DNA of 60,423 nucleotides, counting the filler, from Thelocarpon superellum (lineage: Eukaryota): the NCBI GenBank assembly GCA_026025795.1. It is 6 parts of 6 records of this genome, joined end to end, with 100 filler letters (N's around TTAATTAATTAA, not from the genome) between each part and the next. Parts side by side here need not be neighbours in the genome. Positions count along the whole stretch, not along the records: positions 1 to 10,072 come from JAPEUG010000543.1; positions 10,173 to 20,232 come from JAPEUG010000544.1; 4 more parts are not named here. The stretch is one strand, 5' to 3'. The notes below the pieces were generated by a model, which was not told where the DNA came from, did not search any database, and saw only the letters and a program-made list of their open reading frames with translations. The position numbers and the translations under genes are program-made. Numbering within the stretch: position 1 is the stretch's first letter; the number at the start of each line of letters is the position of its first letter. This document shows positions 1-13,183 of this stretch, in pieces.

Positions 1-2802
1 GACTCTCCAGACTCTGGATGCGCTCGTTGCGCGCGATCAGCTTGCGTTCGGCAATGGCCACTTCCTTCTTCAGGCTGCCGTTCTGCTCCACCAGCTGCCG
101 CTGCACGTGCGTCAACTGCTCCAGATTACGCTCCAGAAATGCCATCTTCTTCTGCTGCGCCCGGTTGTTGGATGATCGTAGCACGTTGTTGTACTGTTCG
201 CGCGTCTCGTCCAGCGAGATTTCCAGCTCCACCACCTGTTTCGTCGTCAGTCTCCTCCTCTCGTCTCTCCCGTCATCGCCCCACCGGTCACGCCGCCGAC
301 TCACCCTCTCACATCGGTTCTGAAGATCGCGCATCAAGCTCTTCTTCATCACGTCAAACTCGGCAATCTGCTGTTGCACGTTCTTGCTGGCGCCGGGACT
401 GGCCGCCGCCCCGTTGACTTGCGTCCCGCCGCTGCGCAATCGCCGCTGGAGATCTTCCGTCGCCGCGCGCAGCTTCTGGTTGTCCTCGGCTTTGAGCGCC
501 ATATCGCGCTTCAGATCCTGCACCATCTCCAACTCCACCTCGCGCTTCTGCGTGTATGCCGCGCCCAGTCGTTCCTTGACCTCCGCCACGTCGGCTTCGC
601 CCAGGTTTCGCTCCAAGAGGTCCTCGTAGTCGCGTTCCAACCGGAGCAGCTTCTCCTCCAGCGCCTCTCGCCGCTTGGCCGACGCACTGTGAGGCGCGCT
701 GCGCTCCGTCAGCGAGAGCTCCGCTTGGCGCACGATCCCTTGTGTCTCCAACAGCTTCGCCCGGAGATCGCGTAGCTCGTCAGGGCCGATGGCCTCGCCG
801 GCCAAGCTGGTCTGGTGCAGCCCGTCGACTTGCTCGATCGCCCGGCGGATGCTACGCTCATTGTCGCTGAAGACGTCGTCGCCCAGGTCAAAGCCCGCCA
901 TCATCGCCGCCATGCGCTCCGACTTCTTCTTCTCCTTCTCGTCCAGCACGGCGCTCGTCTCCCGCGCCGTCATCTTGACGTCCAGCAACTGCTGCTTGAC
1001 CTCATCCAGCTCCGCCGTCAACTCCGAGTTGGCTTCCTTGAGCGCGTCCATGGTGATCTGCGCCTCCTTGCTCTCAAACGACACCTTTTCTAGGTGCATC
1101 TTCAGCTCGTTCACCTCGCTGTTCAGCTTCTCGTTGTCCTTGCCCGTCCGGCTGTCATGCTCACGCAAAAAGACGACTTCCTCCTTGGTTTCCCGTAGGC
1201 TCTTCTCCGCCGCCGCCACCTGGCTTTCTTTCTCCGCAATCTGGTCCTGCAGCTCATTCTCACGCCGCAGGAAGTCTTCACGCTCGTCCTTGTCGAGCAC
1301 GATGCTCGGCGTGCCGGCCCGATCGCCCATCCGGCTGTCGGAGCGGGACGGGGTCTCCTGGAGCCGTGACGGCGTGCCGGGCCGGGGCGTCTTCGCGTCG
1401 GCCTTTCGTGCGCCGCCGACATCGGCAGGGAGCGGCGGGGCCCAGCGGTCCTTGGGCACGCTCTCGCCGTTGCGCCACAGTTGCACTTCGCCTTCGAGCG
1501 TCGACAGGTAGTTCTCAAACGTTGTGACCTGGGTCTGTGCCTTCTTGAGCAAGGCCTTGAGTTCGGCCGGGCTCAGCTCGGCGTTGATCTTGGCCTTGTT
1601 CTTGATCGCCTTGGCGCGCACGCCGAACCGCAGCGTGCTCAGTGTCTCGGCGTCGTTGTAGCTGCTCGGCGAGCAGTTGATGATCAGCGTCGTCCGGCTG
1701 TTCCCGCCCAGACTCTCTTGCAAGATGCGCGTGAGCTTGGAGTCGCGGTAGGGGATGTGGCTGGATTTGCCGTCGGTGAGCGAGTTGATGACCATGCCCA
1801 GGGCGCTCAGACTCTTGTTGATCTTCTTGGCTTCCTCCAACGTCTGCCCGCTGGCCCCGGTCTTGCCCACCTTCTCGCTCCCCGCCAGATCGACGAGGAA
1901 GAGCTGGCCGCTCTTGGCCGAGCCCGTCTCCACGTTCTTCTGCGTCACGGTGACGACGAAGATGGAGTGCGAGCGCGACGACTCCTGGTTCATGTTGGTG
2001 GCGGCCACCGCCCGGGCCGCCCCGCCACGTCGCATGACCTCATACACCTCCTGCACGCTCGAGACGTAGATCTCCAACAGGCCCTTGACGTACACCCCGC
2101 GATTCTTCTCCTCATGCACGGGGAGATTATCGTTCTGTGGCGCCAACAGATCCCGGATGCGCTCCATGTAGATCTCCATGTAGCTGACCTTGACCGTGTA
2201 TTCGATGTTGCCTGGACTCGCCAGGATGCTGGCGAAGATCTGCTCCACGATCCGGGGGATGACGCCGCGGGCCTCCTCGTCATCGATGTCCGCCCCCATC
2301 ATCGTGAAGGACTTTCCCGCCCCCGTCTGGCCGTAGGCGAAGACCGTTCCATTGTATCCGTTCAAGATGTCGTCCACCGTCGGGCGGATGGAGAAGTCGA
2401 AGACGTCGGTTTGCCGCGAGTTCATATCAAACACCCGATCAAAGGTAAACGACCCCGCAGCCTCTTTCGACTATTCTCCCGCGTCCTTCATCAGCGCCGT
2501 CCACGAGCACCGCGCTGGGGACCGGCGGCGGACGTACGTTGAGGTTACATGTGTCCTCGGTTTCAAAGGTCACGATAGGTTCTCCACCGCTTTGGAGCTC
2601 CGTCTTATTCTGCGGTCGAAATCGAGCAACCACTAGGTACGCACATGAGCGTGGATTCTCCCCGGCGGCGCGACCGGCCGCAGCCCCTGCACCACTCACC
2701 CTTGATGGTGTTGTAGCTCCCGGTGCTCCCAACCGCCCTGGACGCAAGCCCCATCAGCACGGCGTACATCGGCGCCATCACATACCGGTTCACTTACGCC
2801 AT
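1..2802 (-). CDS. kinA: Kinesin-1 heavy chain (conventional kinesin, KinA/Nkin type), 3'-truncated by window edge
   Basis: Minus-strand translation gives VVARFRPQNK, P-loop GQTGAGKS, switch I NQESSRSH and switch II LVDLAGSEKVGKTGASGQTLEEAKKINKSLSALG, followed by a long coiled coil. Predicted exon 1 is ATGGC (2802-2798); introns at ~2797-2738, ~2699-2633 and ~2537-2472. Confidence 0.95.
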
Positions 2803-3778
2803 ATTTGCGACCGTGACGCGCGGGGAGCGGCAGGGAATAGCAGGCCACGGTGTTGTCGAGTTGGCAGGGTATGCTCACAGGATTGCCGTCACGTCGTCCA
2901 GGATCATCATGTTACCGGCTCGAGTACGCGATCTCGCCGTCTAATGGAGAGCGAGACGGCACTTCCCATTGGCCACAGACAGCCGACGCGACAGACGAAG
3001 GCCCCGGCCCGAGTACTCGTATGGTAGTGCTTGGCCCCGTGCTATGGACAGCTACCCGCACTCGTACGGAGGGCCCCAGTGCTTCCACCGGTTGTGGAAT
3101 ATTCAATTGGCGATCAGGCGAGTGGCCCTGAGTGCAAGCAGGATATGGGAGCACAGGGACAAACGACACGGCCAAGGCCGCTCAATGTCGCTCTGATAAG
3201 AACTTAGAGGTCATTGAATCATTGACTCGCCGGTGAAGACATGCAAAGGACCCTCGAGCACCATTGGTCGGGGCCATTCGACTTTGGAGCGTGGCAGCTG
3301 CTGACATCTAGATGGGGGGGCCATGGGCCATGCAACTCCACCGGTCCACGCGCCCCACCCGACAAGCCGGGATGCATCGCCAGTCCGAAACCGATCACCC
3401 GGCCGTGCGCCACGAGCACATCTACCCACACTTGCAACAGCCCCACCAGCCCCACCAGCCCCACCAGCCCGGGCCTACCCTTACATCCCGTCCGCTCGCT
3501 TACATAGAGCTCTGCGGAGCATGGCGAGAGATGGGTTAACTTCCAAAGCTTGTAGACTCCACAAGGCGCTAGTATGCATGAGATGCCGGCCACGCTGACA
3601 GGCAAAAATAGTAAGGTAGAGGACAAGAAGGGAAGAGAAACATGTAAAAGGGAAAAGGGACAAGGGAAAAGGGAAAAGGGAAGAGAGGGCGATGCCACCA
3701 TGTCCATCCAGACGCAAGCTCCAAACGCCAGACGATGGCAGAGGCACACGATGATCCATCCCACCCCTTCTCATCTCT

Positions 3779-4447
3779 TCAGTCATCCCAGCTCTTCTCT
3801 ACGGTCTCCCGCACCCGCTTCGTGTACTCCCGCCGATTGTCCTTGTAGAGGTTTGACGCCTCGACGTTGGCCGGGGACGAGGTATTGGGGTCGTTGAGCA
3901 AGCTAGGCCACCAACGCATCAGTCCAGAACTGGTCTCGGACGGAGTGGCGAGCACTCACCTCTGGATACTGGTCAAGATGGCCGCCACATCGTACGTCGG
4001 ACTCCATCGGTTCTGCAAGATGTCGAGACAAAGCTCGCCCGTGCCGTAGACGTTGGGATGGAACATCTGGCTGATGAATTTGACACCCGGCGGTCGATTC
4101 GGATATTGCTCTTCAAAGTGCATCACCAGCCGAAACGTGCCGTCTTCGAAGGGAGTGTCGGCCGGTCCGATGATCACGGCATTCCTGGAATCATCCCGTC
4201 AGCTGCTCGTGCCTCGGCCGCGGACGGTCTCGTGGGGCCCAGCAGAGCTCGACATACCAGGTCATGACATTGTCGGCGATGGGTGACGCCGATACACCGG
4301 CCGGGGGGTCTGTTTGCATGCGCTGTGGCCCCCCGTCAGTCGGCGGCACCGAGGGGCAGCGGTGTCGGCCCACAGAGGGACAGCATCCCCAAACTCCCAA
4401 CATACCTTGAAATCGCGCATCAAGCGACGTCGAGCGGATGTGGACAT
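3779..4447 (-). CDS. RAD6: Ubiquitin-conjugating enzyme E2 Rad6/Ubc2
   Basis: [14 protein letters not shown] / [22 protein letters not shown] / [16 protein letters not shown]...[26 protein letters not shown], ending [13 protein letters not shown]; three GT-AG introns. Confidence 0.97.
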
Positions 4448-5800
4448 GGCTCGTGGGGTGAATGGAGGCGGGAGACGGACCGGATCGCGGTATCACGGTG
4501 CGATAAGATTGGGCGTGTCTAAGGGGTCTTGTGGTGGTCGTGAGAAGGGCAAGGGTGGTGGCGGTGGTGGTGGGGGCGGCCGCGCGAGTCTAGCTGGGGT
4601 GCATGCCTCCCTCTCGCGCTTAAGTGGTCCGGTCCGGGTGGCGAGTCGTGTTTGCACCTGGCCCGCTTGAACGCCGGCTCCTAGAGCGTGCCGGACTGCA
4701 GCGCGCAGCCGCGATGCTCCACTAATCAGTGCCTGGAGCCCAAACGGTATTGATACGACTTGACCCTGACGTGACGCGATCGAAGAAGGGAGTATTCTTG
4801 CCGAGCCAGCATGTCCGCAGCATGTCTACGGCCCGTCACCTCCGAGGCACCTTGCATCGGTGAACGGCCCGAGGGGCTGTCCTACGCGACCCTATCATGA
4901 TCGGCCGCGATGCAGGGCGTGAGAATGTCCGATGCTTCCCTTCCGGTGCGAACAATCCACCATTCTTCAGAAATGCTCCATCTAGCCACGGCATTCTCAA
5001 AGGGTGCTCAAGGCCCTAGGTGCGGCCGTTTCTAGGGTTCAACGAAACCCCCCCCCCACTCTCTTACGCCTTGAATTACGTCAGTCTTGCTCTGATATGG
5101 ATCTACTTAGCACGTCCAGACGACGTGATCGAACAGTGGCATAAGCTCCGTCGGGGGAAACGGTCTCGCATCGTAACGGCGCTCGACCTCCTCATCACCG
5201 GGCTCATCGTAAGGTCTCTTGTTGGTCATGCTTTCGAACAACAGAACGCGCAGCAAACAATTCAATCCTGATCAAGGTGAAGGGATTAGCTTCAATCCCC
5301 AGCGCCGTCTGATAGCGGGTCTCGTGCAACACCAAGGGATCTGCCCGAGGCAGGACCGACCCTGCAAAGTCGTGGAGCAGCAAAGAACGGCGGTTGTGAC
5401 GACTAAGCGTTCGGCTAGGTGGGATCAGTAGACGTTGTTCCCTGACAAGAAGAATTGCTTGCGATAGGCTTCCAAGACCTTTTCCTGACTCTGTCGTAGT
5501 ATTCGAGGTTGGCTCGAGAGCCATGCTAACAGCCTGCGAGACTCGCTCCATAGAGTGCAGCATGTCACGTGCTTCAATCGGTAACGTCCGGTCGTTACTG
5601 TCCCGGGTAACTCGGAATACTCGACGCTTCACTGACCAGCGGAATTGGCCAACCTTGCCGATTCCGGGGTTACTGTCAATCCCACCAATGGCTCCACTCT
5701 TCTGAATGTAAAAGGCGGTCTTTACATGTAACAGTCGGTCACGCACATGATTTGCGACCTGTCGATGTGGGTCTGGTGTTCCAGCCGCTGATGCCCTGAG

Positions 5801-5826
5801 GGTCACGTGTCAATATCACGTGATCA
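5801..5826 (+). promoter_or_regulatory. Paired E-box (GGTCACGTGTC-N4-TCACGTGATCA), putative bHLH/bZIP site
   Basis: Two CACGTG cores at 5804 and 5817, about 250 bp upstream of the membrane-protein ATG; the same architecture recurs at 45623-45652. Confidence 0.45.
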
Positions 5827-6078
5827 TAATGTCGCGGCGGATTCCTGACAGTAAGCCTGCGCCTCCTCATCCGTGCCCTCAGCCGCCTGAATGACTTGTC
5901 GTTAGCGCGAGACGAGATTAGACCCCTCTCATCTGCCCTCTCCACCTTCATCTCCTCTGTGAAGAGTCTCGCGCTACCCTCAGAGAGACCCACCATCCGT
6001 TGACGTTACCTTTCTCTTCTCCACCTGCTCATCTGCCTAAAGGTGACTGTGACCGCGATAATCGGTGGACTCGTCATC

Positions 6079-7365
6079 ATGTCGGGTATCACCTCCCACC
6101 TCGCCCGCCGGGCTGTGCAGGCGTATGACGACAGCCGCGTCAACGGGGTCTCCCCGGACTTTGACCAGTTCCTCAGTATCTTGGAAGGCTTCAAGCCGCC
6201 TGCATGGTTCATGCCCGTCTTTATCGGCACTTTGGTTGCCTGGATGACGGTTGCTCTTTCCGTGAGTGCTTTCCTACATTGACGCAGACGCGGACGCGGA
6301 CGCGGCCGACGATCTTGCTAATCGAGAATCCATCGACAGATTCGCTACACGGTCGGCGATGTCATGGCTACGTTAGCCATGGTCGAAACGCCTGCCACCG
6401 AGATGGATCTCCCTACCGACGCGGATGCCGATGAAGATGCCGATGAGCCCGACGCGCCGCTCCTGAGCAAGGACGAGAAGGCCATGGGTACCGAAAAAGT
6501 CAAGCCTACCCCAGGCGAGCGACTGGGCGTCAAGCCAGCGCCCATTACCTCGTCCATCCGAGGGACGGCGCGACACCTACGAGCTCAAGCGGGACGTTTC
6601 GCGCGGTTCCGGGGCATTGGGCTGTACGTCATCTACAACCTGGCGCTCTTCCACCTCGCCGCTTTCATCCGCCCCATTTCTCCCTCGCACTATGTCGCGG
6701 ATGGCGCGGCGACGGTGCTCGTTGCGCCCCTGATGATGATCTGGACGCACGTTGTCATCTCCAAGCCGTCGTCCAAGGCCTGGTTCCGACGTCTCCCGAG
6801 CCGGCTGGCGGTGATCAAGGTGCTCCCGGCCACCACACTCTTTGCGCTGGCCGAACAGGTAGCGCTCGGCTTGCCGGAAAGGCTCCACTACCGCCTTGGA
6901 CTGAACCGGGTACCGCTCGACCTGACCACCATGAGCGCCGCCGAGGCCCACCAGGCCGCGGGGGTGGTGACGGCCAAGGCACTTGCTGTCTTCGCCGCCT
7001 GCCTCTTCTCCTTTGTCATGATCCTGATCCCGGCGGGCGTGACATTGACGCGGGTGCAAGCCTCGTTGCTTCCCGATTCCGAGGAGACCATCGTCCCCAT
7101 CGACCGCACCTTCAACGGCGCGGTGACGCCCGAGCTCGTGGGTGGCACGGGCAAGCTGGCAATCCTCAGCGCGTGGCGAACCTTCGACTGGGCGGCCCGC
7201 ATCCGGTTGATGAAGCTGTACGCCAAGATCTTGATCATCCAGCTTACCCTGGCCATCATCTTCCTGACCATCATCGCCACCGAGACTGCGGTGGCGGCCT
7301 CGGACCTCCTGCCCAAGATGAAGAAGATTGGATGCTCGCGCATGCATCCCAAGATGCAGGGTTAA
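6079..7365 (+). CDS. Uncharacterised multi-pass membrane protein
   Basis: Exon 1 MSGITSHLARR... with a GTGAGT donor at ~6262, then a 333-aa ORF (6364-7365) with about 5-6 hydrophobic segments and coding-like GC3 bias. No E2 catalytic motif. Confidence 0.8.
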
Positions 7366-8327
7366 GGGAGGAGACACTGAACGACGTGCCCGAGACTCTT
7401 TCCCTGACTCGATTCCTCAGTCTCCCTTCCTCTCCCGATTTCCGCTCGGTCGTGTTCCTTTTGTTTTCTCTCCAAGTGTGGTGGCAGGGCACCACGTCCG
7501 GTCCCTACCTCCCGTTTTCGACATGGAACTAGTAGCGCGGCTTGTCGATAGGTCAATGTAGCAAGCAGATCAGCGTATGGTGCAGTGGTTGCGATGGCCA
7601 ATCAAGAGCATCAGGGTTGGTGGCGATCCCTTCGTCGTCTTGGTCCAGCCATGGTCCAACGGAAGAGCCTCGTGGATGGTGCCACTCATGCCTATCGACC
7701 CGAGAGAATGGGGCTTAGTTGGCGGACAGGGAGTGGTAGATTGCCAGCTTTCGCCAGGGAAAGCCACCGAATGCGGTGGATTTCCGAGGAAACACAGCTA
7801 GTCAGTAATCAACGTTATTAGGTTACGGAGTGCTGGCGGACGCCTATTGCTAGTGGAAGGACCCTGACTACCCTGACTGCCACTGAAGCCGGATGATACC
7901 ATGATGAGTAGTCGCACCTGAGTCGACCCATAGTCTAGTGGCCGTCTCTCATCCGCCACGTCCTCGATCCCAAGTGTCCGCGGTGTGTAGTGCCAAGTGC
8001 CGCGCTCTCTGTCTCGACCACCTGTGTAGCTCGGTGTGCAAAGGACTTCTTCCACAACATATCACTGCCGTATACTCACTCGACCCACGTTTGCAGCTCC
8101 CCCACATCTGTCTCTTCATCGCCGCCGGGCTTGCCGATCCCTTTACCCCACCATCGTCGGACCCCACCATCCAGCCTTCTGCCCACCGCCAACACCGTGA
8201 CCATCAGCACCTCCACCCCTCATCACGGGACAACGTGCACAGCATCTCGGCAGCTTGAGTGCAACTTCAGCAGTGGGACCGCTCCTTTCTGTGACTCTTG
8301 CGCCCGTGCGCCGCACCATCTCCGACC

Positions 8328-8959
8328 ATGACGTCCACCGAACGGCTACTGGCACACCACCTCAAGCAGATGCAGTCGGATAAGGACATCCCTGGCATCA
8401 GCTGTGGTCTCGTAGAGAACAACATCTACGAGTGGGAGGTGATGCTGATGATCAACGATGACTGTAAATACTACGGAGGTAAGGCCGATTCCGTCCCCAG
8501 CGACATCGTGCTTCCTCCGCCCAAGACCACAACGCTAACCTCTGGCGCACCGAACAGGAGGATTCTTCCGGGCACGCCTGACCTTTCCCAAAGAATTCCC
8601 ACACATGCCGCCGAAGATGAAATTCGAAACGCCCATCTTCCACCCGAACAGTGAGCCCTTCCCTCAGTATCCTCCAGCCCACCCCAGCTGACATTGTGGG
8701 TCCAGTCTACCCCTCCGGCGACGTCTGCATCAGTATCCTGCACCCACCCGAAGACGACAAGTATGGATACGAGGACGCATCGGAGCGCTGGTCGCCTGTG
8801 CAAACGCCCGAGACGATCCTGCTCAGCGTCATCAGCATGCTGGCCAGTCCCAACGACGAGTCGCCCGCCAACCTCGACGCGGCGCGGATGTGGCGCGAGA
8901 ACCCGGCCGAGTTTCGGAAGAAGGCAAGAAAGTGCGTGCGCGACAGCTTGGAGATGTGA
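8328..8959 (+). CDS. Ubiquitin-conjugating enzyme E2, Ubc15/UBE2G1 (Ubc7/Cdc34-class with acidic loop)
   Basis: DIPGISCGLVENNIYEWEVML..., [50 protein letters not shown] (catalytic Cys plus acidic insertion); two introns. Confidence 0.92.
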
Positions 8960-9005
8960 TGCGCGCACGTGCGTGAGTGTGTGTGTGTTCAAGCGTGGGT
9001 GTGCA

Positions 9006-9008
<3 letters not shown>

Positions 9009-9062
<54 letters not shown>
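9009..9062. repeat. (GT)27 microsatellite
   Basis: Perfect dinucleotide run just downstream of the E2 stop codon. Confidence 0.97.
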
Positions 9063-9068
<6 letters not shown>

Positions 9069-9707
9069 CGCGGAAGGTGTACAATAGGGGCGATGGGATG
9101 GGATGGGATGGGACAGGATGAACATACCCTGCAAGCATTTCCAAGTCTGTCTCTGATTCTGCTCCCGTGTTGTTTCCCCTGTGTGGTCCTGGTCTTGGGG
9201 CGTCACCCATGGTGCATTTGTTACATCGAAATGAAAACCAGGTTGAACATGAAGATGAGCCTGACAATGAATCTGACTGTGATTGTGAGTTTGAATCACA
9301 GGAAGGTAGTATACATACACACAGCACTAGTGATGGTACTGGTAATCCTGGCACTTGTATGGCATGGGGAATGGCGTGATGTGGAACGGTATGCTAAATT
9401 GCTCCACTATGTTGTACATGTGTGGTAGGTAGTGTGCAGGCAGGCTGTCCCATATTGATGTTGATGCTGATGTTGATCTTCACGTTATCATTCATTTCAC
9501 ATCTCACATTTCCCACTTTTGCTCTGTTTTGCTTGTCTCCTCTTGCTTGTCTCCTCTGTCCTGCATTTCGGTGCTGCTCTTTGCTCTTCCCAGTTCGCTC
9601 TTCGCTGGTCGTGAGGAGATAACACGTGCACCGTGTAAATGCCAGAGGAGAGAGAAGCGAGAAGATACTACATGAGAGGGAAGGAGAAAGCAAACAAGGA
9701 GATGAGA

Positions 9708-9790
9708 GGGGGGGGGGGGGGGGGGGGGAGGGAGAGGGGAGAGGGGAGAGGGGAGAGGGGAGAGGGGAGAGGGGAGAGGTGAGAGGGGAG
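9708..9790. repeat. Poly-G (21 nt) followed by GAGAGGG-type purine repeats
   Basis: Directly visible. Confidence 0.9.
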
Positions 9791-10072
9791 ATGACGCCAC
9801 AAGCCCACGCCAAGCTACCTGGGCAAGACCAGTAGTACTCGAACCCACGACCTCCTTTCGATGCCCTCAATACACACACGTGCCCACGCACCCGTACTTA
9901 CGCAGACACACACGCACTCATATAACGCCGCCAACGGTGCTCCAGAAGCAGTCTGCATAAAAAGAACCGGCGAGGATCATCAGTCGTCGTTCTCATGCCG
10001 TTCACGCCGTACGTTCATTCACGGTCCATCGTCGCTTGGGCGTCGTGTCGCGTTCCTTGCGGTCCTCGATGA

Positions 10073-10172
10073 NNNNNNNNNNNNNNNNNNNNNNNNNNNN
10101 NNNNNNNNNNNNNNNNTTAATTAATTAANNNNNNNNNNNNNNNNNNNNNNNNNNNNNNNNNNNNNNNNNNNN
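10073..10172. other. Artificial contig-join spacer
   Basis: N44-TTAATTAATTAA-N44, which places stops in all six frames. Confidence 0.99.
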
Positions 10173-11395
10173 CCCTCCGTTGATGGGACGCGCCCGGCCA
10201 TCAATCCGGCAGCCGGCGACGAGGGAAGGACGTTAGGCCCACCAAGGTGGAGGGACGAGGGAGCTGCCATGCATTCATCGCGTTCCTGGTCCATGCTACA
10301 TGCACGGCCGTATGTAGCATCATGGAGACGGCGGGGGCAGAGCTGATGAGGGCTGGTGCTGGCTCACGGTTGGCCACGAGGTACTCCGCCTACTCAGCTA
10401 CCCCACCGGCACGATCGGTCGCTGCACCAGGAACAGAGGCCGCCCGCGCACCCTCGCCAAGGCCGGACCGGGCGATACGGCGGGCCAGTGTTGGGAGGCG
10501 GTGCTGAGAGACACAAGCACGAGTACTGTACTGGTACCTGTCCCGCGGAATAATTCCTACAGCACGGCCACTCACCGAGACGAGAATACACGAGCAGCTA
10601 CAGGTCCTCTCCTCTCTCGCTAATATGCCCTTCGCCTTCTGAAGCCGGAACTTCGAGCGTTGTTGGTGTGGGTTCATAGCCCGAGATATGCCGAACACTC
10701 TCGCATGCCCGTCACCTCAGCTAGCGATAGCCCGACTAGCTGCATGGCGATGCGTCGTTGCACACCCGCTGCCATGGCCGTGTTCCCATCCACATCTTCC
10801 CCGCTCCTATACCACCTCCATGCCCATCTTGTTGGCGCACGAGGTCTATTCGCGACCAGAAGAGCTGGATCACTGGCCAACGGTGACCGCCCCGATGACG
10901 ATCGCGTCACGACGACTCCAAGGATCCGCGGATCCGCCAAGGGTGGCAGGGGTTATCACGGACCGCATCGTGGTCCGCACGAGTCAAGCTTAAGCGCGCC
11001 CGAGCACATGGAAATTGACCCGCGAGTGATTGCAGGCAGATCGGTTTATGCATCCCGCTCCCCACGCAAGGGCTTCATACGTGGAGTGGAAAGGTGTATC
11101 GATTGACGTTCCCCGGCAGTCCCCCTGTCTCGACCCCCGTCCGCTTGCGAGGCCGAGCAAGGTGCCAAGATCACCCAATGGATGAGCGGTCTGCCGGCTG
11201 CGGTCTGCGCGCCGAGGCAAGCACAGCCCCCCACCATGGACGCCCTTGATCCCCGGAATGCGGCGCACCTCCCCACGAATGTCGCCCGCAACCCTGCCCA
11301 TGCAAGCCTTAATGTACAATCTCGAGAATCGATCCTGATCAACCGAGACCTACCCACGCCTCACGGGGGACCCCGCCACCGTCGTCGGATGGCAG

Positions 11396-11413
11396 TCATT
11401 TGGTTGGCTCAGG

Positions 11414-11444
<31 letters not shown>

Positions 11445-13183
11445 ACCACAAACATGCTGGTCAGGCTATTCTTCATGCCCTTCATCTGTTCGTCCGTCAT
11501 CTTCTTCGTTTCTGCCGCCATCTCCTTCAGCCACTTGTCGCCGTTCTCGCGAATCTCCTTCTCCAGCGCCTCGTATTGCTTCTGCCCACGTTCGCGGATC
11601 TGGTCTTGCAGCATTTTGCCCTGCTCAAACCCTTCCGCCGGCGTCTGGTCATAGCCCTCGACCGTCACAGACCGGATGCCCAGCAGCGAATTCATCACGC
11701 CGCGGCCGACGCGCTTCGGGCGCGACCCCCGCTCCTCGGCCAGCTGCTCATCAAACTTCCGCCGCGCCACGGCCTCGCGCGCTGCAAACTCCGTCGGGAT
11801 ATCTGTGCCGTCGAAGCTCTTGAGCACGCTGCGCGTATCGTTGAGACCCATCGTCGCCACATATTCGAGGAAGGGGATCAGCGACACGAGCTCCTTGTCC
11901 TGGGGGTCGCCCTTCCACTTGGGAAGGATGATGGCATTCTCGGGCTGCATTTGCGTGTGCGTGGGGTCGGTGTCGATGATGATGACCTTGGAGAGGTCCC
12001 GATTGAGAAAGGAGAGATCCTTTGGAGATGGTCAGCCGCCACCACGCCTCGCCTGGGGAACGAGCGTCGATGGAATCCATACCTTGATGTGCTGTCCATT
12101 CTTGTACTTGGTTGCCTCACGGAACAGGGGCCAGGTCACGATGCGGAAGGGGTCCAACTTCATGATGACCGGCTCGGCGATGTGGCTGGGCACACTGGTG
12201 AAGATGACCAGCTCGTAGTACTGCTGCAGGTAGCGCAGAAAGTAGTCGACGCCCGGCCGCTTCGCCATGCGCCAGCCATGCTCGCGCGTCCATTCGCTGT
12301 GGATCAAGAGGTCCTCCAGACTCAAGACGAGCGTGAACGGCCGCTCGAACATGGGGTCCGGGTCGGGTAGCAGTTTGCGAAAGGCAGGCTCATTGTAGTA
12401 GGCCAACATGTCCGTCACGCGCGCCCGAGCCCGACCAAAAAAGAGGGCCATGGCCCAGCCTGACGGCGTCTCCGGATGCTGGCGCTCGTCCTCGGCGTTC
12501 TCCCAATTGCGGCCCAAGTAGACGGTGCCAGTGACGGCGAAGAGCACGAAGCCTGCGTACATGAAGTTGGCCAAGCGATTGCGTCGACGATCTAACGACG
12601 AGATGTATGCCGTCTTTGGTAGGTCACCGCCCCCGTCGTTTCGGCCGCCCCCGGAGCGAGCCGGGTCTTCCGTGAGGTTGAGCGTGCGCTTGCTGCCGTC
12701 GGCTGGCGCCGCTGAGGCCGCGTGGGCGAGTTCCGCATCGAGTGTCGACGGAATGCCCTTAGTCAAGTCAGGGAGCGGCCCTTTGGATCCGCTGCCTGGG
12801 GCACCGTCGGCGGTGGAGGAAGAAGCCGTCGTGGAAGCCGTCTTTGCGCGTGACCCAGCTGACGCCCGCAATGCATCCTGCACACTGGACGTGTCCGCAT
12901 TCTGTCTTGATCGTGATGGGCTTGCTCTGGAGGGGCTTGGTCCGTCGCTGCTCTTGGCCACGGACGTCTGACCACCACCGTTCACTGTCCCCGTGACCTT
13001 CTTCAGGGGTGATGCAGGAGGGGGAGGAGAAGCAGCCGTCTTGGATGGCGCTGCCTTCCGGGGCGTATACCGGGGTTTACTGTCTTTGGCGAAGCTCTGA
13101 ACCCGTGAGGTGGAGAGCAGGCTCCGCGCGGACGGCGACACGCCCCGCGCCGTGAGCGCGCCTCGCACCGCGTGTGAGAGCAT
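11396..13183 (-). CDS. TIM50: Mitochondrial inner membrane translocase subunit Tim50
   Basis: Arg/Ser-rich presequence, a single TM (FMYAGFVLFAVTGTVYLG), and an FCP1-like domain PFTLVLSLEDLLIHSEWTREHGWRMAKRPGVDYFL...DLSFLNRDLSKVIIIDT; one intron at ~12021-12082. Confidence 0.96.

Noticed and set aside
18..2542. Long plus-strand ORFs (240 aa, 353 aa and others) over the kinesin gene
   Set aside because: Antisense shadows of a high-GC3 coding sequence. The same applies to antisense ORFs over TIM50, RPD3, the karyopherin, ANP1 and 37754-39292.
5204..5806. 200-aa minus-strand ORF between RAD6 and the membrane gene
   Set aside because: Non-ATG start, no recognisable motif, no GC3 bias, and it overlaps a probable promoter.
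8694..9891. ORFs with CVCVCV, THTHTH and PLSPLP runs
   Set aside because: Translations of microsatellites and purine tracts.
10117..10128. Recurring TTAATTAATTAA palindrome as a biological repeat or CRISPR-like unit
   Set aside because: Always embedded in N runs of fixed length; an assembly linker.
10173..11395. Several 80-150 aa ORFs downstream of TIM50
   Set aside because: No motifs, no consistent splice structure or codon bias; left unannotated.
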